Source: Paraspadella gotoi (lineage: Eukaryota > Animalia > Chaetognatha). Taken from it: 64,000 nucleotides of DNA. Under the pieces are notes generated by a model. That model saw only the letters and a program-made list of their open reading frames with translations, did no database searches and was not told the origin of the DNA. The translations under genes and the position numbers were made by a program. Shown piece by piece: positions 50,876 through 62,100 of the stretch. Each line of letters starts with the position of its first letter. The stretch's first letter is position 1. The stretch lies in NCBI GenBank assembly GCA_051294375.1, contig CM119265.1, positions 348,328-412,327 of the forward strand, given 5' to 3'.

Positions 50876-51569
50876 TGTGGTGAGGCATATGAGTTGAACC
50901 ACAGCGCGACGATTGCCTTAACACACTGTGTGACATAGTGCTGAGCATCATGACGATCTTAGTCTTTAGCGTTAGACGGTTAGATGGCGCGAGAAAAGTA
51001 GGTCACATGATGTGAGATTAATATTGAAACGTTATAATTAATATTTAGAAGCGAGATTAAATATTCGAGATTAATATTAAACGTTTGTTTATTAAGATCG
51101 TTGTGAGATTATAATTCGAATGAAGAATAATTAATTGAAGATTAATTTATTTAATTGAGATTAATAATTCAACTTTGTTGTAAAATCGAGTTCTCATCAT
51201 TTAATGTACTCAATACATTTTGAGATAGATTTAAAACAAGTTTTTAATGTTGGTTTTAACATTATATTAACGAGATCAAAAACAAGAGTAAAATGAATCA
51301 GACTTCAATCATTGAAGTAAACAGTTAATAAACAAAAGCAGTTGAAATGGCGGGTAAGACATCTCTAGTTGAGTTCTATTAATCTAGGGAAAAACAAAGG
51401 CTTCGTTTCTGGTTTAAAGCTTTAAAACAGGTTTTAATCTGGCGATAAAACATGGCCTCTTGGTGGCTGAGAGGTTAAACTCGAAGCGTCCCAAGGCTTG
51501 AGTTCGAGGTTCGAATCCCAGGCTGGGATGAATTATTTCTCACCAGATAATTCGCTCAAGTTGGCCGCA
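50876..51569 (-). repeat. 3' LTR of copy J, with tRNA-like cassette 51454-51527 (+)
   Basis: Direct repeat of 57035-57732; TGGCTGAGAGGT A box, GGTTCGAATCC B box. Confidence 0.92.
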
Positions 51570-51827
51570 AGCCCCCCTTTATAATATAATCTCAAAAAAT
51601 ATTATAATAAAAATTGTTGTCGTCCAACGTGTGTGATTGTATGAGTGTGAAATAATATTACTAATTGGGTTTTAAAATATGTACAAAATATCGAAGTGGT
51701 TTGACAACCGGTTTAAACATGTAAAAGAAAAATTCAAATCGTTGCATACAAATTCCATAACAAACATTTCATAACAACAAAAATTTACAAAACAACAACA
51801 AATCGTTACATCTTGAATCTTTAATAA

Positions 51828-54800
51828 TCAAGGTTGACAGTCGGAGCGATGGAGACGGGAGGAAGACCGAGGATGCCGGGCGAAGATGCTCCGACTGTCG
51901 ATCAGGCCGACAGGGGGGCTTTTGTCTTTTTGTTGTTGTTGTTGTTTATCGTTTTGCATCTTTTGCCGCTGGAGCATCTCTTTGAGGACCACAGAGTATG
52001 TAGGACGATTCGGACATCTACTTGAGAAGTCGCTGATCGTTGGCCTCGAGAATCTCTCCCGATTCGGATCGTTTTCATCTTTTTGCTTGTTGTTGTTGTT
52101 GTTTTCTTCTCGATCCTTCGTTTTCGAACCTGTATTGCGTGGAGGCTCGGGAGAATGGGAAGGAGGGAGGAAAAAACGTAAAGGGGAAGGTTGGGGGTCG
52201 GGAAGGGGTTGGGGTATATTGGGGGAAAGTTGGGAAGCGGAAGGAGGAGGAGGAGGAGGAGGAGGAGGAGGAGAAGGAGGAGGAGGAGCAGGATTTGGCG
52301 ACGCAGCTCTTTGATTGCTCGAACGTGTCGTTCTTGATGTCGGAGCTGGGACTCTTGTTCTCAGGCCGGGTGGTCGGCCTGCTGGGCGTCGTCGGGGATG
52401 CTCCTGGTCCATCTCCAGCGTCTCGTCGCTTACCCACGCCGGTTTGACGCGAGCGATGTTGATTGTTTCCCTTCCGCTGCTGGGGATCTCGATGGTAATG
52501 TTCAAATTGTTTCGATTGACGACTCTGTAGGGTCCCTCATAAGGCGGAACGAGTGGTGGATGGACGCCTGCGCGCTTCACAAAGACATATTGCGCCGAGT
52601 CGAGATTACTGGGCAAATGAATTGTCGGTCGATGATGAGCGGAAGTGGGCGTTGGTTGCAATCGAGCAACCTCGATTCGAAGCTTCGCCAGCTGATTTTT
52701 TCGCTGTCGTTGAAGGGCGGCGTCGTCGAGCTGTGCGTCGTCGAGGATGCAGCCGGGGACGCCGATTCCCTCGCCGAAGACTAAATCGGCGGCGGAGGCG
52801 CCGATGTCTTCTTTGACGGTTGTCCTGATGGCGAGGAGGGTCATCGGCAGTTTCCAGTACCACTCTTCTTTGTTTTCTCGAGCTAGAGCTATCAGGGACT
52901 CCTTGAGGCGCCTGTGAAACCTCTCGACGAGGCCGTTCGCTTGTGGATGATACGGCGTCGTCATCTGATGTTTAATTCCCCATTGTTTCGTGAGTTGGCG
53001 CCAGAGTGCAGAGTTAAATTGTGTACCCCTGTCTGTTGTAATCGTTGCTGGCGTCCCGAAAACGCTGATCCAGTTGTGGCTAAATGCGTCAAGGATGGTC
53101 GAGGTGAGAGTGTCCTTAATTGGAATGGCCGTTGGCCATCGAGAAAATCGATCAACTATTGTTAATAGATTAGTGAATCCATTCGAAAGTGGCATTTTCA
53201 CTAGATCGAGGTTAATATGTTGGAACCTTTTTTGAGGAACCTTAAACTCTCCAATTTCAGGGATTACATGCCTTGTGATTTTCGCTCGTTGACAATCCAG
53301 GCAGTCTCGAGCCCATTTGGTAACATCTTGTCGCATGCTGGTCCACACGAACTTAGCAGCGACCGCTTTGCGTGTAGCCTCAATTCCGGGGTGTCCAAGT
53401 CCGTGGATAACGTTGAAGACCTTCTTGCGCCAAGACGCCGGCACGAATGGGCGCGCCGGTCCGTTTGATATGTCGGCTAAGAGGTCATAATTCCCTATTT
53501 TGATTTTTCGAAACGTTAACCCCGATCGAGCGTCTTCTGCTATTTTTTGGTAATCTGGATCCAGTGTTTGTTCTCTCGCCATGCTTTCAAAGTCTATTTC
53601 GAAGCTTGTCATAGAAGCAATCATCGCTTCTGCGTCCTCTAAGCGATTAGATTTGATCGATTTTTCACTCGTTTCGCTTTTCGTTGTCGACGACGCTGAC
53701 GGCGACGATAATAGCGACGACGGCGACGGCGAATGCGACGATATTTCGAACGACACTACTCCCGGCGTTTTTGACGCTGCTGTTGCTTCTTTTGAAGGCG
53801 GAGTTGTCGTCGAGGGTACTAACGGTGACGCCGGAGACGATGGTGATGTCGACGATGACGTTGGCGTCGACGTTGTCGTCGTTAGCGACGATATTGTCGA
53901 CGATGTTGGCGCTGGCGCTTTTTCCGTCGATGTTGACGTTGTTTCTGGTGTTGGCGTCGTTGTAGGCGTGGCGTTGGGTCTTGAGAGAGCGTCTGCAACG
54001 ACGTTCGCTTTCCCTTTCAGGTAGCGAACGTCCGTTGTAAATTCTGCTATAACAGACAATTGGTAGGATTGGCGCATAGTCTGAGGCTCTGCCTTCTTTT
54101 TTATGGCCGTTACGAGACTTTGATGGTCCGTATATAGCGTAAATGACCTCCCTTCGACCCAGTGACGGAAATGTCTGACCGCTTTGAATGCTCCGAATAA
54201 CTCTTTGTCGAAGGGCGGCCAGAGTTTTTGGTTTTTAGCTAGTTTGGTGGAAAAAAAAGCTAAGGGTTCCCAACCCTTCGGACCTCGCTGTTCCAGAACT
54301 GCTCCCACCGCTTGATCAGAGGCGTCCGTTGTTATGCACAATTGGGCGCCAGTTCTGGGGTGATGGAGGAGGGCGGCCTGGATCAATCCTTCCTTGATCG
54401 CTTGGAAAGCCTGGTCGCACTCTTCCGTCCACTCTAGCGTTTTTGGTTTCCCGCTGAGGGCGTCGTAGAGCGGCGCGCAGCGGTGAGCGACTCGCGAGAT
54501 AAACCGTCGATAATAGTTTATCATTCCTAGAAACCGTTGTAGTTCCTTGATTGTCGTGGGGCGAGTCGTCTCTTGCAGGGTCTTCACGCGTTCCGGAAGT
54601 GGTCTGACGCCGTGCCTATCGACGAGGAAGCCCAGGAATTCCAACGATTCCTGGCCCAACAAACATTTCTTGGTGTTAACGACCAAGCCGTTAGCGTCGA
54701 GTGCTTTGAAGACTTTTTCGAGGTCGTTGTAATGCTCCTCGGGTGTCGACGATGCCACGAGGATGTCGTCCAGATACACAAACGTATGGGGGATGTCCCC

Positions 54801-55793
54801 GAGGATTTCATCCATGAGCCTCTGAAAGTCTTGTCCGGCATTTTTCAAGCCGAACGGACAACGCGGAAAAACGTAAAGGCCGAATGGGGTTATAACCGCC
54901 GTTTTTTTTACATCTTCCGGATTGACGGGTATCTGGTGATACCCTTTTAGAAGGTCGATTTTCGAGAATATAGTTTTGCCTTCTAATTGGGAGTTGAAAT
55001 CCGTGAGAAGCTTGACGGGGTATTTGTCATCGATTGTTTGCGCGTTGAGGCGACGGTAATCGCCACAACAACGCCAACCTCCGTCCGGCTTCCCTACAAC
55101 GTGGAGTGGCGACGACCATTCCGATTTACCCCGTTTAGCAATGCCGAGGGAGACCATTTTCTCCAGCTCCCTTTTCGCGACGGCAAGCTTTTCCGGGTCT
55201 AAACGGCGTGCTCTCGATTGGCAGGGCCTGCCCTCCGTTGGGATCGAATGCGTTACTCCATGGCGCGGCTCTTTTAATTCGAAAGTGGGCGTGGAGAGAG
55301 ACGGAAACGAGTCGAGTAATTTGTAAAATTTCTCCCCCTGCCTGTCGACGAAGTTGACATGGGAAGTAGTCTCTGCTGCTGATGATGCTGCGATCGTCGA
55401 ATAATCTTTGAGATCCAGTAACAGCCCGTCTCTATGGTTTGGCGCCAAATAATTCTCGGCTAGAAAGTCCGCGCCCAAAATATGCTGCTTCACATCTGCA
55501 ATGACGAATTCATATTGAAATTGGCGGTTTCCGAGTTGCACTACTCTTTTCGTTGTCCCATAGCAGCCGATTGGCGAGCCGTTGGCCGCTTGAAGGCGAA
55601 TCTTCGGGTCAGGGCCGCCTTGTCGCTGTGCTGCCGTTGGCGGAACGATCGAAAGAAGGGCTCCCCCATCCACGAGCCACTTCGTGCGGTCTTTGGCGTC
55701 GCGGATGTATAGGAGGTCACTCGACGCTGGTGATTGATTCATCTCCTGGGGGACGGCGTTCACCGACGTCGTCCCCCTTTGGAGTTTCCCTCC
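51828..55793 (-). CDS. pol: Pol of copy J (intact)
   Basis: 1311-aa ORF with WLVDGGA, YLDD, RNase H, IN and PYEGPY. Confidence 0.95.
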   Translation of the reverse strand, partial: GGKLQRGTTSVNAVPQEMNQSPASSDLLYIRDAKDRTKWLVDGGALLSIVPPTAAQRQGGPDPKIRLQAANGSPIGCYGTTKRVVQLGNRQFQYEFVIADVKQHILGADFLAENYLAPNHRDGLLLDLKDYSTIAASSAAETTSHVNFVDRQGEKFYKLLDSFPSLSTPTFELKEPRHGVTHSIPTEGRPCQSRARRLDPEKLAVAKRELEKMVSLGIAKRGKSEWSSPLHVVGKPDGGWRCCGDYRRLNAQTIDDKYPVKLLTDFNSQLEGKTIFSKIDLLKGYHQIPVNPEDVKKTAVITPFGLYVFPRCPFGLKNAGQDFQRLMDEILGDIPHTFVYLDDILVASSTPEEHYNDLEKVFKALDANGLVVNTKKCLLGQESLEFLGFLVDRHGVRPLPERVKTLQETTRPTTIKELQRFLGMINYYRRFISRVAHRCAPLYDALSGKPKTLEWTEECDQAFQAIKEGLIQAALLHHPRTGAQLCITTDASDQAVGAVLEQRGPKGWEPLAFFSTKLAKNQKLWPPFDKELFGAFKAVRHFRHWVEGRSFTLYTDHQSLVTAIKKKAEPQTMRQSYQLSVIAEFTTDVRYLKGKANVVADALSRPNATPTTTPTPETTSTSTEKAPAPTSSTISSLTTTTSTPTSSSTSPSSPASPLVPSTTTPPSKEATAASKTPGVVSFEISSHSPSPSSLLSSPSASSTTKSETSEKSIKSNRLEDAEAMIASMTSFEIDFESMAREQTLDPDYQKIAEDARSGLTFRKIKIGNYDLLADISNGPARPFVPASWRKKVFNVIHGLGHPGIEATRKAVAAKFVWTSMRQDVTKWARDCLDCQRAKITRHVIPEIGEFKVPQKRFQHINLDLVKMPLSNGFTNLLTIVDRFSRWPTAIPIKDTLTSTILDAFSHNWISVFGTPATITTDRGTQFNSALWRQLTKQWGIKHQMTTPYHPQANGLVERFHRRLKESLIALARENKEEWYWKLPMTLLAIRTTVKEDIGASAADLVFGEGIGVPGCILDDAQLDDAALQRQRKNQLAKLRIEVARLQPTPTSAHHRPTIHLPSNLDSAQYVFVKRAGVHPPLVPPYEGPYRVVNRNNLNITIEIPSSGRETINIARVKPAWVSDETLEMDQEHPRRRPAGRPPGLRTRVPAPTSRTTRSSNQRAASPNPAPPPPSPPPPPPPPPPSASQLSPNIPQPLPDPQPSPLRFFLPPSHSPEPPRNTGSKTKDREENNNNNKQKDENDPNRERFSRPTISDFSSRCPNRPTYSVVLKEMLQRQKMQNDKQQQQQKDKSPPVGLIDSRSIFARHPRSSSRLHRSDCQP

Positions 55794-56827
55794 TTCTTAC
55801 GCTGAGTGTCGTTGTACCTGGAGCATCCTGGCTCACAGGACCACGCTTCCTCTCCAAACTTAACGTGTTTGTGGCAAAGCGTCGTCAACTTGGATTTGGT
55901 CTTGCCTTTGTGGATCTGGTTGTGCTTCTTTTTGTTGTTGAAGGCCTTCTTGACGTTGGCGCCGACAGCATTGACGGCGTCGTCGTCCTCTGAATCAGAT
56001 TCGAGTCGCTCTACGTTGCTGATGAACGTCGTCGATTGGCGAATTTTCACATTGCCTTCATTATCGAAATGCCTGTCTGCTATTTCGCACAACTCCTTTG
56101 CCGACAGGTCGTCCGCTTTCTCCTCGAGTTGACGTCTTATTTCGAGTGGGAGTTCCCTGAGGACCTTCTCTTTCCGGACGTCGTCGATTGTCAAAGTTTT
56201 TGTCCTCTCTTCGAGCTGAGCTAATAATTTAGACGGTTTTAATCCGTCGGCGTCGAGAGGATCGAGGAGGTTGACGGCCTGTTGGCGTCGCGTGAGGCCG
56301 TACTCCTTGCGGAGATATCCTAAGAAAGCTGACCATGTTGCCTCCGTTGCCTCGCCGTATAGAAACTGGTTAATGCGAGGATCTACCTTGACGCCAATCT
56401 TGGACTCAAGATGAGCAAACTTCGTTTTTGGAGCAGTGATGCCGGCGCGTGTATATGCCGCTTCCACGCGTTTTATCCAGATTTCGATATTATCCTTGTC
56501 GAAATCCGGAAGCTCCGGCTTTCGACTGGATGCCCTTTCGAGGGCGCGCGTGGCGGCGGCTAAAGCGGCGCGAAGTTCGTCGTTTTCGTCCTGGAGGTCG
56601 CGTTGGCTGTTTCCCTCTGACGCCATGTCGGCGTCGACGAAGTTTTCGGCGTTGATTTCTCTGAAGTTGAACGAAGGAGTAGCGTCAGCGAAGACGGGGG
56701 AGGTAGAGCGTGACCTAGCGCCGCGTCCAAAGCCTATAGGGACCTGTAGGCTCGATGCAGCGTTGCCTTGACCTTCAGCGTTGCGCTGGGCTGATCGTAG
56801 GCGGGATCGGACGTCTGAGTCGCTCAT
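55760..56827 (-). CDS. gag: Gag of copy J
   Basis: 355 aa; CHKHVKFGEEAWSCEPGC knuckle. Confidence 0.93.
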   Translation of the reverse strand: MSDSDVRSRLRSAQRNAEGQGNAASSLQVPIGFGRGARSRSTSPVFADATPSFNFREINAENFVDADMASEGNSQRDLQDENDELRAALAAATRALERASSRKPELPDFDKDNIEIWIKRVEAAYTRAGITAPKTKFAHLESKIGVKVDPRINQFLYGEATEATWSAFLGYLRKEYGLTRRQQAVNLLDPLDADGLKPSKLLAQLEERTKTLTIDDVRKEKVLRELPLEIRRQLEEKADDLSAKELCEIADRHFDNEGNVKIRQSTTFISNVERLESDSEDDDAVNAVGANVKKAFNNKKKHNQIHKGKTKSKLTTLCHKHVKFGEEAWSCEPGCSRYNDTQRKKEGNSKGGRRR

Positions 56828-57034
56828 GAGTCGATTCGAAATGCTCGTCGACTAGTGGTGCCGTTTTTTGACTCCGTGTGGCGGTCGAAAATGCAAGGAA
56901 ATAATAGGGGTGTGAGCAATTGGATGATTGGCTTAATAACCCCGATTTCCTCACCCAATCTTACCTCAGGGGAGATTGATTCGCGTTAGACCGCCTGTAG
57001 AAGGTTGGTTGCGTTTTAAGTCGAGTTCACCAAG

Positions 57035-57732
57035 TGTGGTGAGGCATATGAGTTGAACCACAGCGCGACGACGTTGCCTTACACACCTTGTGACATATGT
57101 GCTGAGCATCATGACGATCTTAGTCTTTTAGCGTTAGACGTTAGATGGCGCAGGGAAAAGTAGGTCACATGATTTGTAGATTATATTGAAACGTTTATAA
57201 TTAATATTTGAAGCGAGATTAAATATGAGATTAATATTAAACGTTTGTTTATTAAGATTCGTTGTGAGATTATTAATTCGAATGAAGAATAATTAATTGA
57301 AGATTAATTTATTTTATTGGATTAATAATTTCACTTGTTGTAAAATCGAGTTCTCATCATTTAATGTACTCAATACATTTCGGGATAGATTTAAAACAAT
57401 GTTTTTTAATGTTGTTTTAACATTATATTAACGAGATCAAAAACAAGAGTAAAATGAATCAGACTTCAATCATTGAAGTAAACAGTTAATAAAACAAAAG
57501 CAGTTGAAATGGCGGTAAGACATCTCTAGTTGAGTTCTATTAATCTAGGAAAAACAAAAGGCTTCGTTCTTGGTTTAAAGCTTTAAAACAGGTTTTAATC
57601 TGGCGATAAAACATGGCCTCTTGGTTGGCTGAGAGGTTAAACTCGAAGCGTCCCAAGCCTGAGTTCGAGGTTCGAATCCCGGCTGCTGGATGAATTATTT
57701 TCTCACCAGATAATTCGCTCAAGTTGGCCGCA
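57035..57732 (-). repeat. 5' LTR of copy J, with tRNA-like cassette 57614-57690 (+)
   Basis: Direct repeat of 50876-51569. Confidence 0.92.
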
Positions 57733-57762
57733 ACCCTACTAACCCTTAACCCTAACCCTAAC

Positions 57763-57799
<37 letters not shown>

Positions 57800-57926
57800 C
57801 CCTAACCCTAAACCCTATACCCTAACCCTAACCCTTAACCCTAACCTACCCCTAACCCTAACCCTAACCCTAACCCTAACCCTAACCCTTACACCAACTG
57901 CTAACCCTAACCCTTACCCTTAACCC
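57733..57926 (+). repeat. Telomeric repeat tract 8
   Basis: CCCTAA array. Confidence 0.93.
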
Positions 57927-58774
57927 TGTGGCATAAGGCGCTAAGTGGGCGAAGATGACTATCCGTTAACTCTCTATTACCTCCCTCTAGCAGACCATGG
58001 AACGAGTCCTGGGCTCTTGCGATACAGGCTTGAGGGTTCGCCAACGCCCCCAAGGCCGGCTTACCCGGCCGTCCTCACTCTTCCCGCAAGGTCAGCTACC
58101 GGCGCTTGTGCATTTGAACCCGGCTGAAACCGGGCCTCCTGGTCCCAACGGTGTTTAGCGACCGTCCCTCCCATTTTTGACCTGAATTGTGGTCCATGAG
58201 CCCGAATCGGCGTCTGTAGCTCAAAATGAGCCACCGGGGTCCACATACTTGAAAAGCAGTTCTATGCTTTATAGGCTGGGGGTTTGAACCATTGCAATGC
58301 CCCGACTACATGCCCCCCCAGATTGTCAACCCACCCTGCACTGCTTTCCAGCTGGAGGGAGGGGAGCAATTCGTTCGCGCACGTCATGGGCCTGATTCAG
58401 AAGGTGGGAATACGCATCGACAGGATGCACGGTCTCTCACCAGCTGCTGGGAATAAGGCCGGCTAAGTGGGCGCCTTGAGTTATGACTATTTCCCGTAAC
58501 TTCTTATATACCCCCTCTATGCAGCACAATGGAACGGCGTTCCTGGGCTTTTGCGAACCAGCGCTGAGGGCTTTCGCCACGCCCCCAAGGCGGCCTGTAC
58601 GGCCGTCCTCACCTCTTTCCCGCAGGTAGGTACCGGCGTTGATTGAACCCACCGTAGCCTTAGTGGTCATGAGCTGATGCGCTGTTTACTCAATGAGCCA
58701 CTCGGGTCACACTGAAAGAGGTCATGCTTATACGGCGCGGCACCCTGTGACACCTAGGCAATGCTCGGACTACA
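57927..58774 (-). mobile_element. Non-autonomous miniature LTR element (TRIM-like)
   Basis: Noisy direct repeats 57927-58310 and 58445-58774, both ending GACTACA. The 134-bp interior has a PPT (58313-58319), a TCAGAAGGTG box and a PBS (58431-58442); no ORF. Confidence 0.75.
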
Positions 58775-59189
58775 CCACTAACCCTAACCCTACTTACACC
58801 GCTAACACCATAACCCTAACCCTAACCCTACTAACCCGTACCCTAACCCTAACCCTCAACCCTAACCCTAACCTAACCTACCCTAACCCTAACCCTAACC
58901 CTAACCCTTAACACCCTAACCCTACCCTAAACCCTAAACCCTTAGACAAACCACCTAACCCTAAACCCTAACCCGTAACCCGACCCTAACCTAACCTACC
59001 CTAACCCTAACCCTAACCCTAACCCTGACTAACTCAACCTAACACCTAACCCTACCCTAACCCTAACCCTAACACCTTAAACCTAACCTAACCCTTAACC
59101 CTAACCCTACCTAAACCCTTAACTAACACCTAACCCTAACCCTAAACCCTAACCCTATACCCTACCCACACCTGACTAACCCTAACCCC
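58775..59189 (+). repeat. Telomeric repeat tract 9 (degenerate)
   Basis: CCCTAA array with many variants. Confidence 0.9.
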
Positions 59190-62100
59190 TGTTGGCGCGG
59201 CGTGCATATAGTGGAGCCCCAGACTTGACGAAGCACCGCTACGCCGTTAAGTGTAGTGTCACTAGACTCTTACAGACATTCCAAGCCAGATAATTAATGA
59301 ATGATTAGCTTGGGCCGCAGGGAATCTTTGTGCGCTATTCTGAATGTATATCAGTTTTATTCGCTAGACGGCAGCAGTAGCAATCAGATGGTCCGTCGTT
59401 TAGTCTCTTTCGAATTAGGCACCATTAAGGACGGTTTTAATTTAGCAGTTGAAATTAAACGGAGTTAATGTTAGTTCGAGCATTAAGAATCTTTGAGACT
59501 ACTACCGGTTTTTAACACTTCTTTAATTCAGCCGCATCTGAATCATTCTTTCAGAATTAGCAGCATTCTAATTCTTTAGATTTTATTTCGATTTGATCTT
59601 TATTTTCTCATGTTTTTAATGTAGCTATTTACATTTTAGTGAGAGATTAAATATAAAACAATGAGATCAAATCATTACGTATTCATGTATTATTTGACAT
59701 GAACATTAACAAAACCGCAACCTTGCATTTCAGATCTAGAAAACACAAACTCTCAGAGCGATAACACAATCGATTGCAGCAGCAGCTGGCCGAAATGATT
59801 TGGCGTACCGCCCTCCTGACGGAGGAAACCAACTAGTTTTGTAGGAAACAAATAGATGTACATACGCGAATATCTGTTTTAAATGCTTTAGGTTCGAATT
59901 CGAATTCAATTCGATTTTCAGAAGCCAGTTTAGCGCTTGCGCTATAATCGCTGGGCTTCTCGCACTCTTCACGATACCAGGATCGCAATCCTAGATCGGT
60001 GGCCGCATCTATTTATACAATAGTAGGTCGATCGAAGCATCTTCATCCCCCTTGCTGATTAAATATATAATCTTTATAATATTTACATTAAAATTTGAAA
60101 GTTAATAGAATTAAAATTGTTGTCGCTCCGGTAATGTGCTGTGATTGTGTACAAAATATATAAACCGTATTTCTTAACATTGCGGGTAAATCGTAGTTTC
60201 ATTTCGACGAATTGAAATAAAAAATTGACCTAGATTTCTAGAAATTGACGAAGGTATAAAATCTGTACAAATAAATTATTGTAAAATACTGCTAAATTGG
60301 GTTTTCCCAAGAATACTTTAATATACAAAAACAACCAAAATATTTATTCTAATAATGGCTTAAGGGAGCTCGGCCGTCGAAGTCAATGCCGAGGGTGCGA
60401 TGCTGTCATGGAGGCGAGATTTTCAAGCTGACTGGCTTCGACCGGTTGACCTTAAGGCGGCAAAATTATTTGGTTTCTATTTTCTACTTGGATTTTTCTT
60501 TTGCTGTCCCTGCTTGATCAACTCTTTCTGCAGGAACCTCCCAGCGGCGATGCTTAGGGGCGTTCGCGTCGCACGCTTTGTGACCGCCTTGTTCGAAAAG
60601 TTCGTTGGCAGCGTTTGGCTCTCGAGCAATACGCGCTAATAGCGTTGGTGCTTCATCTTTTTGCTCCTCTCGGCTTAGTTGTGCTTTGTCTGTTGTTCTA
60701 ACTGATTGTCTCTTTTTCTCTCGCTACGTACTGAACGTTCGTTAGCGTTGGTCAATGTCCATCCGTCATGGCGAGGTGCGCTGACAGGTACAAGGAAGGG
60801 AAGGATGGGTAGCCAAAAAAAACGCGCGGGAAGGAGGGGGGTTGTTGCCGGGGAAGTGGGGGAAGGTTTTGGTGCGCCTGCCGGTCGGCGGGAAGGATGC
60901 GCAGGATGCGACGGAGGAGGAGCGAGGGAGGAGGTAATTGGAGGAGGGCACAGCTGCGCGCGTTGGATTTGCTCTATTCGCTGCGGCCGAGGTGAGGTTC
61001 TTGACTGTCGGCGCGTGGCTGCCCTGCGTTCTGACGCCAGCTGTGCGGCGGTCTCGCCCTGGCCTTGCTCTCTGGATGTCCTCTGCGGCGGGTGTCGACC
61101 TCCAACTCGTCGTCACTAATCCATGCCGGTTTTATTCTGGCGATGTTGACGGTTTCCCTTCCCACGTTTGGAACTTCGATTGTCATATTTAGCCCGTTTC
61201 GGCTAATAACGCGGTAAGGACCGTCATAAGGTGGCACCAAGGGGGGGTGTACGCCTGCCTTGCGTACAAACACGTATTTTGCAGAGTCGAGATTTGCTGG
61301 TAAATGCACCGCGGGCTGTCGGTGGGCGGAAGTAGGCGTGGGCTGGAGTCTGGCGACCTCGATACGCAATTTCGCCAATTGATTCTGACGTTGTCGATTT
61401 AGAGAGTCGTTGTCGGGTTGAATGTCGCCGAGTAAGCTTCCAGGGACGCTAAGACCTTCGCCGAAGACCAGATCCGCCGCGGAGGCGCCGATGTCCTCTT
61501 TGATTGTCGTTCTAATCGCGAGTAACGTCAATGGCAATTTCCAGTACCATTTCTCTCTCGATTCTTTTGTCAACGCCATAATTGACTCTTTGAGCCGTCT
61601 GTGAAATCTTTCCACAAGCCCATTTGCTTGTGGATGATATGCGGTAGTTGTCTGATGTTTTATGCCCCAGTTTTTCATTAACTGTTGCCATAATGTCGAA
61701 CAAAACTGACTACCTCGATCTGTGGTTATGACGGCCGGCGTTCNNNNNNNNNNNNNNNNNNNNNNNNNNNNNNNNNNNNNNNNNNNNNNNNNNNNNNNNN
61801 NNNNNNNNNNNNNNNNNNNNNNNNNNNNNNNNNNNNNNNNNNNNNNNNNNNNNNNNNNNNNNNNNNNNNNNNNNNNNNNNNNNNNNNNNNNNNNNNNNNN
61901 NNNNNNNNNNNNNNNNNNNNNNNNNNNNNNNNNNNNNNNNNNNNNNNNNNNNNNNNNNNNNNNNNNNNNNNNNNNNNNNNNNNNNNNNNNNNNNNNNNNN
62001 NNNNNNNNNNNNNNNNNNNNNNNNNNNNNNNNNNNNNNNNNNNNNNNNNNNNNNNNNNNNNNNNNNNNNNNNNNNNNNNNNNNNNNNNNNNNNNNNNNNN

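Larger units (their letters stand above)
50876..57732 (-). mobile_element. Full-length intact Gypsy copy J with both LTRs and ACCC flanks
   Basis: LTRs 50876-51569 and 57035-57732; PPT 51570-51577; PBS 57020-57032; ACCC on both sides. Confidence 0.97.

Noticed and set aside
53581-54024. Antisense ORFs overlapping gag/pol (also 9551-10000, 56436-56771 and others)
   Set aside because: Shadow ORFs from codon bias; starts and lengths are not conserved between copies
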